Of a stretch of DNA of 24,944 nucleotides, positions 1-8,999 are shown piece by piece. Each line of letters opens with the position of its first letter. Positions within the stretch are counted from its first letter, which is position 1. The DNA is taken from IMG/VR virus record IMGVR_UViG_3300028589_000045, positions 1 through 24,944 of that record, one strand, 5' to 3'. The translations under genes were made by a program, and so were the position numbers. The DNA is from a virus. Lineage: Duplodnaviria > Caudoviricetes. Below the pieces are notes generated by a model. It saw nothing but the letters and a program-made list of their open reading frames with translations. It was not told where the DNA came from and did not search any database.

Positions 1-3000
1 GCTCCAGGGCGGAGGCGTGACCACATCACCAACCCTTCTTCGCCTAGAAGCTTCATCTTGTCCTTCAACGCCTGCGCACCGCCCTGGAGCTTCTCGAACT
101 CCTCAAGCAGTTCCCGAGCCGATGGCCCAGCGTCGCGGAACGCGCCAATGAGCGCCCCTCCGAGCGCGCCGACCGCTATGCTCACTCCAAGTGTCGCGGG
201 CGCGAAGGCCGCGCCTATCGCGGCGCCTGCCGCCGCGCCCGACATGGCCCCGCCGAGCACCCGTTCGAGGTCCGTCCCTGTCCCTGTCCCTTCGATGACC
301 CCAGCGACGCCGCCGACGAGGGCCGAAAGCTTCTGTCCGCCTGTCGCCGTGCCGCCGACGTTCTCGGCGTACTTACGCACGGCGATCAACGCTTCGCCCC
401 AAGCGGAAATCACTCGGCCAATTCCCGACACGGCGAGGCCAGTAAACCCGTTAATCGCTCTACCCGCTTGCTGGATGCTGTCGCCGACATCCAAGATAGT
501 CGCTACTTGACGCCTCCACTTCTCAATCGCGGCCTCGTTCGCTCGATCCTCCGCCTCACGCATGTCGCGCCAAGCCTTGCCGATCATGGCAGGCGTCGAC
601 GTGCCCATTTCTAGAATCTTCTTGTACGTGATGCGAGCCTTCTCCGCGAGGCGATCAAGCTCGAGCTGAGGAACGAGACCGGCTTCGCGCATCCGCATGA
701 GAATGGTCGACGGCTCGAACTCCATCAGCTCGGAAACGTCCAGCGCCTCCTGAAGCGGACCAGACAGCGCGACGCCCTTGTCCTTCAAGTCTTTCAACTG
801 TTTGCCAAGCTCCTGAAGCTTCAACGCCCCGATGCTGGCGACGCCTCCCATGAACTGAATGGCGTCGGAAGTCAGTTGAAGTTCCTGATTCAAGTCATCA
901 AGAGCGACCGCGGCGTCCTGAACTTTCTCCAGATAGTCTGGAAGATTCCGAGCCTGCGCCGTCGCCAGCACGTCGTTGAAGGTCCTCGATCTGTTGATAA
1001 AGTCCGCAAGGGAGTCGACCGCTGCCTGCGTCGTGTCCTTGAGACGCATAGAAAACGCGTCGAACCTATCGAGCGCTGGTTGAAGTGCCTCAGGGATCTC
1101 GCCGCCACGCTCCCGAACCTCGGCCAGATGCTTTCCGACCTTCTCTAGCGCCGGTATTGATAATTCGAACGCGCCGCCGATCGCCGTCACCTGCCGCGCT
1201 ACCTCAGATAGGCCAACATCTATGCCGGCGAGCTCGGCCGTCTTGCCGACCGTCTTGTCGAGAACGTCGAACACCTGCTGCTGCGATGCGGTGAGCTGCC
1301 CTCCCTTGTCGATGATCGCCTGTAGCGCTCCGAGCCACTCCTGCTGCATCTTCACCGGGAGCCCTTCCGTGTCGCCGCCCGCGAAAAGTGAAAATCCCTC
1401 GGCCTGCACGCTGAGCTCGCGGAGCGACTGTCGCATCTTCGCCGCGACTTCCGCCGCTGTTACGAACGACTTGACGAGGTCGTCGGTTCCTCCCTTGCCC
1501 TTCTCGAAGACCTTAGTCCTTCTCTCCTCGGCGTCGGCAAGGATGTTGAGCTCATAATGCAGGAGCGGGATGCCTTGATTCCGCAGCAGGAGCGCCTCTT
1601 TGCCGACCTGCCCCATGACAAAAGCGTTCCGCCGTTGCGAATCCGACAGCGACTCCCAGCGCTTCGTCAGCTCGGCAACATCCCTAGCCAACGCCGCGCC
1701 GGTGACGTTGTCCGTCCACCGCTGTGTTTCCTCGGCCATTGCTTGGAGATTGGCCACAACCTTCTCGCGCATGTCGCGAGCTGCCTGCCCAATCCCGAAC
1801 ATACGGCGGACCCAGTTGTCTTCATCCTGTTGAGTAAAAAACTCTACAGCCCCCATTTCCTTTCCAGCTTTCCAGCGTGCCCATGTATCGCTGACCGCCT
1901 TGCTGAGTTCCCCAAATGAAAACGCAAGTGCCGTGATGGCTACGAGGGCAGGTCCGCTTGTCAGTGCGAGTAGTGCCGTACCGAGAAGACCCATCGCGAC
2001 CGTCGTCGCCCCCGCCGCTATCCTAGTGACGTTCAAGGCCGCCGACGTCAGGCCCATGGCCGCGGTGAACCTCGTCATGACCCCCGTTACGAAGGTCGTG
2101 ACCGTGCCGAGAAGACCCTTGGCCGTTGTATACAGCGTCGTCGCCCCAGTCGCCGTCCGCTGGACCGCAGTCTCGAGCCCGACCATCGCGAGCAGCGACA
2201 TCGTCTCCTTGACAAGAAACGACGTGATCCCGGCGAGAGCCGTCTTCGACGCCGTCGCCATTGCCGTCACGCCCGTCGCGACCCGCTGCGCTGCCGCGAG
2301 CAGCCCGGTGCTGGTCGCCAGCGTGAGGACCGCTCCCTCTGCTTTGACAATCGCGCCTGTCCAGAAAGTCGTCGCGATGGTCATGGAATCCGTCGCGATA
2401 ACATACGCTCCGATGACCACCGTCGTGTTACTGATGGCAAAAATCAGCTTGTCGATGTTCTGAACAGCCGGGACTATGTTCTTCGTGAGCGACGCAAGGC
2501 CTCCTGCCCCCTGGACCCAGTCGGCCATCTTAGAGGCAACATTCCCGATTGGGCCAGCCGCCGCGTTGGCTGCCACCGTGACGCCAGTGATCCCGGCCCC
2601 GGCGAGAAGAGCCGTCTTGGAAATCTGCTGGAGCCACTCAGGCATCTGCCGCCATGCCGCGATCACGCCGGCAGCAGCGTCACGAACGAGGTTGAATGCG
2701 TCCTTGAGGAACGTCCACGACGCCCGCGCGACCCTCACGACCGTGTCAGTAATCTTGAACTGGTCGTTCAAGTCCACAAGCCAGTCCCAGAAACCCTTTA
2801 CCGTGTCGATGACGGACATGATCGCGTTCTTCAACGGGACTATGCCTTGCGCGGCGTAGCTCACGCCCTCGGCGAACTTGTCAATCCCTTTCGTCAGCGT
2901 GTCGATCAGCCCCTGACCCTTGTCGCCAAACGCCTCCGCTATCGCGTTGGCGACGTCGTCGAACGCCTTCATCACGGCGGGCGAACTGGCTATCGTCTTG

Positions 3001-3731
3001 CTGAGCGTGTCAACCCAATCCCCGACGGCGACCTGTGCCTGCTGCACGCGCTCTTTGAATGACAATTGCGACTCGCCGTACAGCTCGAGCTTTTGTCGCG
3101 CGGCCTCCATGATGGCGTTCTGCGCGGCCAAGGTTTGACCATGACGGTTTAGTTTATCTACCGTCGTATCTAAACTCGCCGCAAGCAGTTTCTGGTGCTT
3201 TTCCAGGTCGACCACGAGTCCGGACTGACGGATAAGACGCGGCTGCCCGGTCGTCAGCGCCCTGAACAGCTTGTCGAGCTCCGTCGCCGCGTCCGTCCCT
3301 GCCGCCTTCCCCATCTCTCTGGAAACGCTGCCGAGCGTCTTCATGTCCGCCGCAGTCAACTTCACGCCGGCCGACAGAGCGCGATTTGCTGACTGCATCA
3401 ATTCAAAACTGTCAACTGTGCTCTTGACCCCCTCCGTCAGGCCACCTAGCAACGCGTCGCCGGTCTCCCCGATTGACACCGCGAGCTTGTCGAACGCCTC
3501 CTCGACACCAAGGATCGTCGAGCCCTTTTCCCCGAGAAGGACAATGCCCGCCGCGATCCCGCCTATCGCGCCGACAATGGCAGCGGAACCGATGACTAGG
3601 CCCTTCGTGATCCCGTCGAACTTGGAGCCGATAGAGTCCAGCTCCCTGTTCACGCGGGCAGCGGTCTTCGTGATCTCCTCGCTGATCTCGATGTTCCCCT
3701 GAAGGGTTCCTATGTCAAAGATTCCGGCCAT
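1..3731 (-). CDS. Tail tape measure protein (3' end outside window, >1240 aa)
   Basis: ATG at 3731 (MAGIFDIGTLQGNIEISEEIT...) directly follows the tail chaperone. The same frame is still open at the window edge (...ELLEEFEKLQGGAQALKDKMKLLGEEG...), which explains its absence from the ORF track. Ala/Gly/Thr-rich helical sequence with hydrophobic stretches. Confidence 0.9.
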   Translation of the reverse strand, partial: MAGIFDIGTLQGNIEISEEITKTAARVNRELDSIGSKFDGITKGLVIGSAAIVGAIGGIAAGIVLLGEKGSTILGVEEAFDKLAVSIGETGDALLGGLTEGVKSTVDSFELMQSANRALSAGVKLTAADMKTLGSVSREMGKAAGTDAATELDKLFRALTTGQPRLIRQSGLVVDLEKHQKLLAASLDTTVDKLNRHGQTLAAQNAIMEAARQKLELYGESQLSFKERVQQAQVAVGDWVDTLSKTIASSPAVMKAFDDVANAIAEAFGDKGQGLIDTLTKGIDKFAEGVSYAAQGIVPLKNAIMSVIDTVKGFWDWLVDLNDQFKITDTVVRVARASWTFLKDAFNLVRDAAAGVIAAWRQMPEWLQQISKTALLAGAGITGVTVAANAAAGPIGNVASKMADWVQGAGGLASLTKNIVPAVQNIDKLIFAISNTTVVIGAYVIATDSMTIATTFWTGAIVKAEGAVLTLATSTGLLAAAQRVATGVTAMATASKTALAGITSFLVKETMSLLAMVGLETAVQRTATGATTLYTTAKGLLGTVTTFVTGVMTRFTAAMGLTSAALNVTRIAAGATTVAMGLLGTALLALTSGPALVAITALAFSFGELSKAVSDTWARWKAGKEMGAVEFFTQQDEDNWVRRMFGIGQAARDMREKVVANLQAMAEETQRWTDNVTGAALARDVAELTKRWESLSDSQRRNAFVMGQVGKEALLLRNQGIPLLHYELNILADAEERRTKVFEKGKGGTDDLVKSFVTAAEVAAKMRQSLRELSVQAEGFSLFAGGDTEGLPVKMQQEWLGALQAIIDKGGQLTASQQQVFDVLDKTVGKTAELAGIDVGLSEVARQVTAIGGAFELSIPALEKVGKHLAEVRERGGEIPEALQPALDRFDAFSMRLKDTTQAAVDSLADFINRSRTFNDVLATAQARNLPDYLEKVQDAAVALDDLNQELQLTSDAIQFMGGVASIGALKLQELGKQLKDLKDKGVALSGPLQEALDVSELMEFEPSTILMRMREAGLVPQLELDRLAEKARITYKKILEMGTSTPAMIGKAWRDMREAEDRANEAAIEKWRRQVATILDVGDSIQQAGRAINGFTGLAVSGIGRVISAWGEALIAVRKYAENVGGTATGGQKLSALVGGVAGVIEGTGTGTDLERVLGGAMSGAAAGAAIGAAFAPATLGVSIAVGALGGALIGAFRDAGPSARELLEEFEKLQGGAQALKDKMKLLGEEGLVMWSRLRPG

Positions 3732-4099
3732 TGTCCTTTTTCTTTGAGGCTTGCGTTATGCCCGTCCATCCACGCCAGGAGGACCGTCTCCATGTACTCG
3801 ACCGTCTGCGCTGGCTCCTCCGGCTTCGCCTCCTCAGAGTCGAAACTCAGCACGAACCGCTCGATCGGCAACCCGTCCGGGTGCGTTTTCGGATCCCTGT
3901 GGATGTTGAACAGCATCTGGGCGATGTACGCGAGCTGGTAGACCTCCCTGTCGAGTGGTTCCAGCTGAGTGAAAATCCTCCAATCCTCGAACGTCTTCCA
4001 CTGGATCTCCTGCAGCATCCCGTAGACGTCGGGACGCCGCATGTGCGCCGCTAGGCGGAAGGCGAAACGCTTTAGGGCGTCCCGCCTGAAGAGTTTTTT
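3710..4099 (-). CDS. Tail assembly chaperone frameshift extension (lambda gpT-like)
   Basis: The -1 frame from the slippery site reads KKLFRRDALKRFAFRLAAHMRRPDVYGMLQEI... and is continuous with ORF 3710..4042. It lies between the chaperone and tape measure genes. Confidence 0.85.
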   Translation of the reverse strand, partial: KKLFRRDALKRFAFRLAAHMRRPDVYGMLQEIQWKTFEDWRIFTQLEPLDREVYQLAYIAQMLFNIHRDPKTHPDGLPIERFVLSFDSEEAKPEEPAQTVEYMETVLLAWMDGHNASLKEKGQWPESLT

Positions 4100-4611
4100 G
4101 CGTCTTCCTCAACCTTCCCAGCGGCAACCGCCTTCAGCTTCTCCTTGTCCGTCCCGGCCGCCTCGAGGCTGTCCGCTGACTGCCGGAGCACGGCGATAAG
4201 AGCGCCGAGCTTCGTCGGGTCCTCCCCGGCTTCCTTCAAGCGGTCTTGGAAATCGAACGGCTTCTTCTCGACACCGTTGAGCTTGAGGATCTCCTCGGCG
4301 ACCTTCTGGATGACCATGTTGTTCTTCTTCTTGAGCATCTCCATGTGGCTCAACTGGCCGATGCGCTTACCGTTCGCGTCGACGAGGCTGTCCACGATCA
4401 TCCTGAGGCCCGAGTTGAACTTCGCCGCCGTGTCGTTCGACTTGACGTACTCGAGCATCGTCCCGGCGTTGATGGTCCCTATCCTAATGCTTCCACCCCA
4501 CTCCGGGACCTCGACGGTCTTGAACGCCGTGTCGTCGACCCTCTCGATATCGTCGATCCCGAGCAAACCCCTGAGTTCCGCTGCCATTTCCGGATTTTGT
4601 ACTGTCGCCAT
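4072..4611 (-). CDS. Tail assembly chaperone (lambda gpG-like)
   Basis: 179 aa; 'VEVPEWGGSIRI' and 'LVDANGKRI' are typical chaperone motifs; GGAGG RBS; follows the tail tube gene; ends in a slippery site. Confidence 0.85.
   Translation of the reverse strand: MATVQNPEMAAELRGLLGIDDIERVDDTAFKTVEVPEWGGSIRIGTINAGTMLEYVKSNDTAAKFNSGLRMIVDSLVDANGKRIGQLSHMEMLKKKNNMVIQKVAEEILKLNGVEKKPFDFQDRLKEAGEDPTKLGALIAVLRQSADSLEAAGTDKEKLKAVAAGKVEEDAKNSSGGTP
4093..4099 (-). promoter_or_regulatory. Programmed -1 ribosomal frameshift heptamer A AAA AAC
   Basis: Minus strand GAC GCA AAA AAC TCT has an X XXY YYZ heptamer in the correct phase, near the end of the chaperone ORF. Slipping joins it to ORF 3710..4042. Confidence 0.85.
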
Positions 4612-4756
4612 AATGCGCCGCCTCCAGAGCGGCTGGTTGAAAATGTGCCCCTCCCGTATTGTCGCCGTGACGGGAGCGCCCCGGTGGTAGCGCCGAAACC
4701 CACCGAAACGCCTGGGGCCGACGGCCTGGAAGACGCGTGTGGCGCGCCTGACCTCT

Positions 4757-5176
4757 TTACGTCGGAGAGTCGGTCACGGGACCGGCCCACGCCAACGCAC
4801 ACGTCACTCCCTGAATCGAATCGACCGGCGCCGGATCGAACACGAACTGCTGCACGCGCGCGTTGCCCGAGCGCTTCACGCCCGAGGGGAACGCGAACTG
4901 CCAGCTGTTCGGGATGTTGCCGTCGATGTCCGCGATGATGGCAATGTGCGTCGCGTCGGACCCGACGTAGTTGATGTGGAACCCCGGATCTCCCTGACGG
5001 AGAATGCCCAGGACGAAGCTCTCTGAGCCGTCGTTGTGCGTCGACGTCTCGAGCTTATTCCTGCTCTTCCCTGCCGGCGTCACGCTCGTGAGCTCCCCGA
5101 CCGTGACGTACGACGTGGTGTTGATGCCCGCCGACCTCTTGACGAGTATCCCTGTTGCTGCTACTGCTAGACTCAT
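4757..5176 (-). CDS. Major tail (tube) protein
   Basis: 139 aa beta-rich, 'VGELTSVTPAGKSRNKLETSTH...FVLGILRQGD' resembles siphovirus tail tube proteins; AGGAG RBS; synteny. Confidence 0.8.
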   Translation of the reverse strand: MSLAVAATGILVKRSAGINTTSYVTVGELTSVTPAGKSRNKLETSTHNDGSESFVLGILRQGDPGFHINYVGSDATHIAIIADIDGNIPNSWQFAFPSGVKRSGNARVQQFVFDPAPVDSIQGVTCALAWAGPVTDSPT

Positions 5177-5188
5177 TGTGTCTGTCTC

Positions 5189-5587
5189 CTATGAGGGTGT
5201 CTTCAATGTCTCGACGTTGAACACGAATTGAACACGACCCTTGGTGTCCAGACCAAGAGGATAGGGTTCCTGAAGCGGGTTGACCTGTATGTAGGTCGTG
5301 CCGCTTATCACGGTATTGACGAAGCAAAGCGCGTTGTAAGCCTGATACGCGAGCGCGAGGGAGTCGACCGTGTTCGGCGCGTGCGCGATCACCTGTAGCC
5401 CCGGCCGCGCGTACCGCGTCGCAGCTCCGGTATTGTGGACGCGCCACGGCGCGCGTCCGCCGTATTCCCGCATGGTGATGAACTTCTTTCCAGCCTCATC
5501 CGGAAGCACGGGCTTCATGCCGACGAGGATCAAATCCGTCACCCCTTGGGCGACCAGCCTCGACTTGATCTCGTCGGTGAAGCTCAT
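5189..5587 (-). CDS. Tail terminator / tail completion protein
   Basis: 132 aa from ATG 5587 (ATGA overlap with the upstream stop); 'RPGLQV', 'PLQEPYPLGLDTKGRVQFVFN' resemble tail-terminator ('minor capsid') family motifs; directly precedes the tail tube. Confidence 0.75.
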   Translation of the reverse strand: MSFTDEIKSRLVAQGVTDLILVGMKPVLPDEAGKKFITMREYGGRAPWRVHNTGAATRYARPGLQVIAHAPNTVDSLALAYQAYNALCFVNTVISGTTYIQVNPLQEPYPLGLDTKGRVQFVFNVETLKTPS

Positions 5588-5730
5588 CCGAATATCCTCA
5601 TGACAATCCACGTCGCGCCGAGCAACGCGAAGCTCAAAAACAAGATAACGCCGAAAAAAGCCAGTACCAATGAAAATGGCAACTCTGTCAAGTAATCGGG
5701 CCGACGTGGCGGTAGTGGCGAAAAAGACAT
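5584..5730 (-). CDS. Small membrane protein (48 aa, not in ORF track)
   Basis: MSFSPLPPRRPDYLTELPFSLVLAFFGVILFLSFALLGATWIVMRIFG; fills the gap exactly with TGATG and ATGA overlaps; one long hydrophobic segment. Confidence 0.7.
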   Translation of the reverse strand: MSFSPLPPRRPDYLTELPFSLVLAFFGVILFLSFALLGATWIVMRIFG

Positions 5731-6146
5731 CAGACGATCACCTTCTCGACCCCCGCGCGCCGCGCGATGCGGTCGCCGAGGAAGCGCTCAGACTCGTTCA
5801 TCACCGACTCGAGGAACTTCGCTTCGCCGACCGGGTGGATCGCGTCGAGGTTCTCGTGGAGCGGGACAATATACGTCTCGACCAGCTCGCCGGTCTTCGG
5901 GTTCGTCTCACCCTGCGCGGCGTACGCCAGCGCGGCCACGACGCGGCCGGGCCTGATGTCCGGCCCGAGCACCACGGCGCTAAGTTCCGCGGCATGCGTG
6001 TCCTTCGGTATCCGGCGCTGCGACTCCGGCTTCTCGATCTCGTTCAGCTCGTCGTAGAGCGCCTGACCCACGACTCGTGGGTACTCCTGCGCGAAGCGTA
6101 GCAGGCGGCCCTTCATGTACGAGAGGCCTATGAGTTTAGCCATCAA
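5730..6146 (-). CDS. Neck / tail completion protein (HK97 gp10-like)
   Basis: 138 aa; 'IPKDT..AELS', 'YIVPLHENLDAIHPVGEAKFLE' pattern; synteny. Confidence 0.7.
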   Translation of the reverse strand: MMAKLIGLSYMKGRLLRFAQEYPRVVGQALYDELNEIEKPESQRRIPKDTHAAELSAVVLGPDIRPGRVVAALAYAAQGETNPKTGELVETYIVPLHENLDAIHPVGEAKFLESVMNESERFLGDRIARRAGVEKVIV

Positions 6147-7534
6147 AAAGATCCTCGATGAACTGGATTGGGGTCCGGCAGTTCCTCAGGTTCAGGCGTC
6201 GGGACGGAGCCCTCGCGCAAGACGCGAAGCTTCGGCGCGACGGGCTTCGGCGGGACCTCGAAAGGATCCCGGAGCTGCTTCTCGCCCTTCCAGAGCGGCT
6301 GCGATTTGGTCTTGAAAACCCCCTCCACGACAGCGGCGAACGCGTCACCGATGTTCTTCCAATCGAACCGCGGCTCGGCGGCCCGGTCGAGGCCCTTCTG
6401 CGACCACCACCGACGCGTGATCGGGTCCGAGTACAGCTCCTCGAGCCCAACGACGTAAGCCTCTCGGTCCGGCAATCCGCCGATGACGTTGATCGAATTG
6501 TGCGTGCAGATGTTCCCCGTGCACGGGACGAGGTACGCCGCGCCGCGCGCCCAGTCCCCGAGCGCAGACCAGTTCCCCGCCATCGCGACGCAGCCGCAGG
6601 CCATGGCCTCGAGCGACGGTAAATGAAAACCCTCGCTCTGCGACGTCGACATGTGGACGTCAAACGCCGAGTAGAGCCGCGCGAGCGTCTCCTCTGTCTC
6701 GCCCTTCCTTGCCTCGGGCGAGGAGACGATCACGCGGGACTGTATCTTCAGGTACCGGACAAGCTGCTCGAGGTCGAAGGCCATCTCGCCTGTCGGCGCG
6801 CAGTGGACGAAGAGGTACGCGTCGCGCCTATCGTACTTCTTGATCCACTCCGCGAAGTACATGAGCGTCAGGTCGAGGCGCTTCCGTGGCTGGTTGCGTC
6901 CGACGTATCCGGCGAGGAATGCGTTCTCCGGTATCGGTAGCCCCAGCCAACGCCGCGACTCGGCCTTGTCGTACGGGTGATAAATGTCGCGATCGACCCC
7001 GAGCGGCACGACGGCCGCCGGTCCCTCGTAGCCGCCGAGCTCCGCCTCGAGACGCCCGAACTCGGTCCAGAAGACGGTCAGGGCGAGAGCGTTCATCCCC
7101 AGTTCCTTCATCGTCTTGCCCGACGCTGTGCCGCCGCGGCAGTTCTTCCCGTCCACGGGGACCGAGGCGACGATGGGGATCCCCGTCTCCTTGAGCACCT
7201 CCGTGTAGTACGGGACGTTCCACGGGTCGTTCTGCACGACAACCACGTCCGGCCGGGGCATCGGCCACGCGCCGTCGATCCCGCACGCCTCGGGATTCGT
7301 GAGCCAGAACGGCAGCGCCTGCTCCAGCCTGCCGACGCCCCACATGTCCTGGCCCGGCCAGCAAGGGTAGACGTTGTACGGGTACGGGTGCGGGTCGCCC
7401 AGGTAGTTCAGCCCCAGCACCGAACAATCGAACTTGCCGCGGAGCCTATAGTCGAGTCCCTCCATCGTGTAATGCGTAGCACGCGCGAAACCGCTATCCA
7501 CACACGCGTCGCCGATCCAGAGTAGGCGCTTCAT
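6143..7534 (-). CDS. GT-B fold glycosyltransferase, family 4
   Basis: 463 aa; N-terminal 'LLWIGDACVDSGFAR', 'YVGRNQPRKRLD', and the GT4 signature 'SEGFHLPSLEAMACG'. Confidence 0.92.
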   Translation of the reverse strand: MKRLLWIGDACVDSGFARATHYTMEGLDYRLRGKFDCSVLGLNYLGDPHPYPYNVYPCWPGQDMWGVGRLEQALPFWLTNPEACGIDGAWPMPRPDVVVVQNDPWNVPYYTEVLKETGIPIVASVPVDGKNCRGGTASGKTMKELGMNALALTVFWTEFGRLEAELGGYEGPAAVVPLGVDRDIYHPYDKAESRRWLGLPIPENAFLAGYVGRNQPRKRLDLTLMYFAEWIKKYDRRDAYLFVHCAPTGEMAFDLEQLVRYLKIQSRVIVSSPEARKGETEETLARLYSAFDVHMSTSQSEGFHLPSLEAMACGCVAMAGNWSALGDWARGAAYLVPCTGNICTHNSINVIGGLPDREAYVVGLEELYSDPITRRWWSQKGLDRAAEPRFDWKNIGDAFAAVVEGVFKTKSQPLWKGEKQLRDPFEVPPKPVAPKLRVLREGSVPTPEPEELPDPNPVHRGSF

Positions 7535-7695
7535 GCTTTATGTTCCTGTCTCCAAGACTTGAGCCAAACCGCAACACGCAACGGAATCCGGATGAACCAC
7601 AACTTCGCGCGAAGATCGCCGAGCTCAGCCATCTCCTCGCCGTCGCCGACCTCGACGTAACGGAGGATCGGCCTGTAGAAGTGGACGACGCTCAT
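7531..7695 (-). CDS. Hypothetical protein (54 aa)
   Basis: MSVVHFYRPILRY...; ATGA-coupled to both neighbours. The longer 145-aa call overlaps the head closure gene. Confidence 0.6.
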   Translation of the reverse strand: MSVVHFYRPILRYVEVGDGEEMAELGDLRAKLWFIRIPLRVAVWLKSWRQEHKA

Positions 7696-8051
7696 CCGAG
7701 AAACACTTCCGTCGCGAACGGTTTCTTCGTCACCGGGTCCCCGAAGCCGCTGAGCGATACGATCAACCCGAGCTTCCCGTCGGGCAGCGTGAACTCGTCG
7801 CGCGCGTCCACATCTATGGGCCGCGGGAAGATCAGGCTCGAGGTCGACGTCACCTGCTGTCCATTTAGCCCCGCGACTATACGGACGCGCTTGTCCCAGG
7901 TCGCCTTCCGCTTCGTGCCCGCCGCAGGCGTGAACGCCTTCACGCCGTCGTCGCTCTGCGACGTCCAATGGAAATGCACGACCTCGGACTGCAGCCCGAG
8001 CGACTGCGTCACGGAGTCCAGAATCGCGACGGCGTTGCTGAGAATGCTCAT
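7692..8051 (-). CDS. Probable head closure / head-tail joining protein
   Basis: 119 aa beta-rich ('GQQVTSTSSLIF...DARDEFTLPDG'); positioned after the adaptor. Confidence 0.65.
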   Translation of the reverse strand: MSILSNAVAILDSVTQSLGLQSEVVHFHWTSQSDDGVKAFTPAAGTKRKATWDKRVRIVAGLNGQQVTSTSSLIFPRPIDVDARDEFTLPDGKLGLIVSLSGFGDPVTKKPFATEVFLG

Positions 8052-8269
8052 ATCACTACCAAATCCGACTCTGGGTTCTCAGCCAGGAACTTTGCGAACG
8101 CCCGCTGGAACCGCGCCAGCCTGTCGCCCGTCATGAACACCTCGTAGCGAACCGTCAGGACGCCATCGGTCGGGAAGTTGATCTGCACGTTGAGGGACTC
8201 CTTCGGGATGAGCTCCTCCTCGATCAGATGCTTGATGATGCCGGACGCCGCCACAGAGTAAGCCATCAA
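8048..8269 (-). CDS. Hypothetical protein (73 aa)
   Basis: Coupled by overlaps on both sides; plausible codon usage. Confidence 0.6.
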   Translation of the reverse strand: MMAYSVAASGIIKHLIEEELIPKESLNVQINFPTDGVLTVRYEVFMTGDRLARFQRAFAKFLAENPESDLVVI

Positions 8270-8847
8270 ATCACCTCGAATTCGAACCGCCCGACCGACT
8301 CGACCACCTCATCCGTCAGCCACGACTGCACTAGCAAGTCGTAGACGGCATCCGGTATGACTTGCTTGAAAATCATGTCGTCGCGGAACGTCACGGCGAC
8401 GGACCCGGCCTTGACCGACGTGATACCTTGCTGCGCGACCTGGTTATTCAGCGTGAAGTCCTGCGCCAGCAATTGCCCGGCGAGCTCCGCCGTCGCGTCC
8501 TTCAGCTCCTGCGGGATGACGGTCGACGCGAGTGGGTATCCGTTCCGGGTGAGCATCCCCGTGCGGGGCCACGCGAGCCGCTGCGTCGACGTCGCCGCCG
8601 CGCCCGTCCACTGTCGCCGGACGCGGTAATAGCCCGGGTCCCCGGGAGGACCCGGCACGAACGTCTTGAACGGTTGCGCGAGCGCGTCCATCAGACGCGT
8701 CGCCATGATCAGAGCCGCCTCAGGGTCCGCGGCCGAGGCCCACGGCGGCACGAGCGCCGTCCTCGTGTCGAAGTACGCGTCGGCCTCGGCCGTCGTGAGA
8801 TACGAGTTCGAGGTCGCGCCGCCGACCGTCGCGTCGATGACGGCCAT
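8266..8847 (-). CDS. Head-tail adaptor (family often annotated 'DnaT-like ssDNA-binding protein')
   Basis: 'NSYLTTAEADAYF', 'ALIMATRLMD', 'TQRLAWPRTG', 'IPQELKDATAELA', 'SVKAGSVAVTF'. Confidence 0.85.
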   Translation of the reverse strand: MAVIDATVGGATSNSYLTTAEADAYFDTRTALVPPWASAADPEAALIMATRLMDALAQPFKTFVPGPPGDPGYYRVRRQWTGAAATSTQRLAWPRTGMLTRNGYPLASTVIPQELKDATAELAGQLLAQDFTLNNQVAQQGITSVKAGSVAVTFRDDMIFKQVIPDAVYDLLVQSWLTDEVVESVGRFEFEVI

Positions 8848-8997
8848 CTACCGGCCCAGGCCGCCGAGGACGGCGAGGATGAAGACCACGAGCGACGTCA
8901 CGAAGCAGCTCCGCGCCGCAAGCGTCGGCTCCTTGAGCGCCGCGTAGCTCCCGAACGCCAAGGCGAGCCCCGACAGGACGATGGGTATCGTGAACAC
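8848..8997 (-). CDS. Small two-TM membrane protein (49 aa, not in ORF track)
   Basis: GTG start; MFTIPIVLSGLALAFGSYAALKEPTLAARSCFVTSLVVFILAVLGGLGR; its stop abuts the next ATG. Confidence 0.65.
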   Translation of the reverse strand: MFTIPIVLSGLALAFGSYAALKEPTLAARSCFVTSLVVFILAVLGGLGR

Positions 8998-8999
8998 GG

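Noticed and set aside
7696-7968. N-terminal extensions in ORF-track calls (7531..7968, 9000..9455, 22214..22606, 5189..5611, 11952..13838)
   Set aside because: They overlap upstream genes; downstream starts with an RBS or ATGA coupling fit better.
8266-8847. DnaT-like replication protein
   Set aside because: The family label is misleading here; position between capsid and head closure genes indicates a head-tail adaptor.
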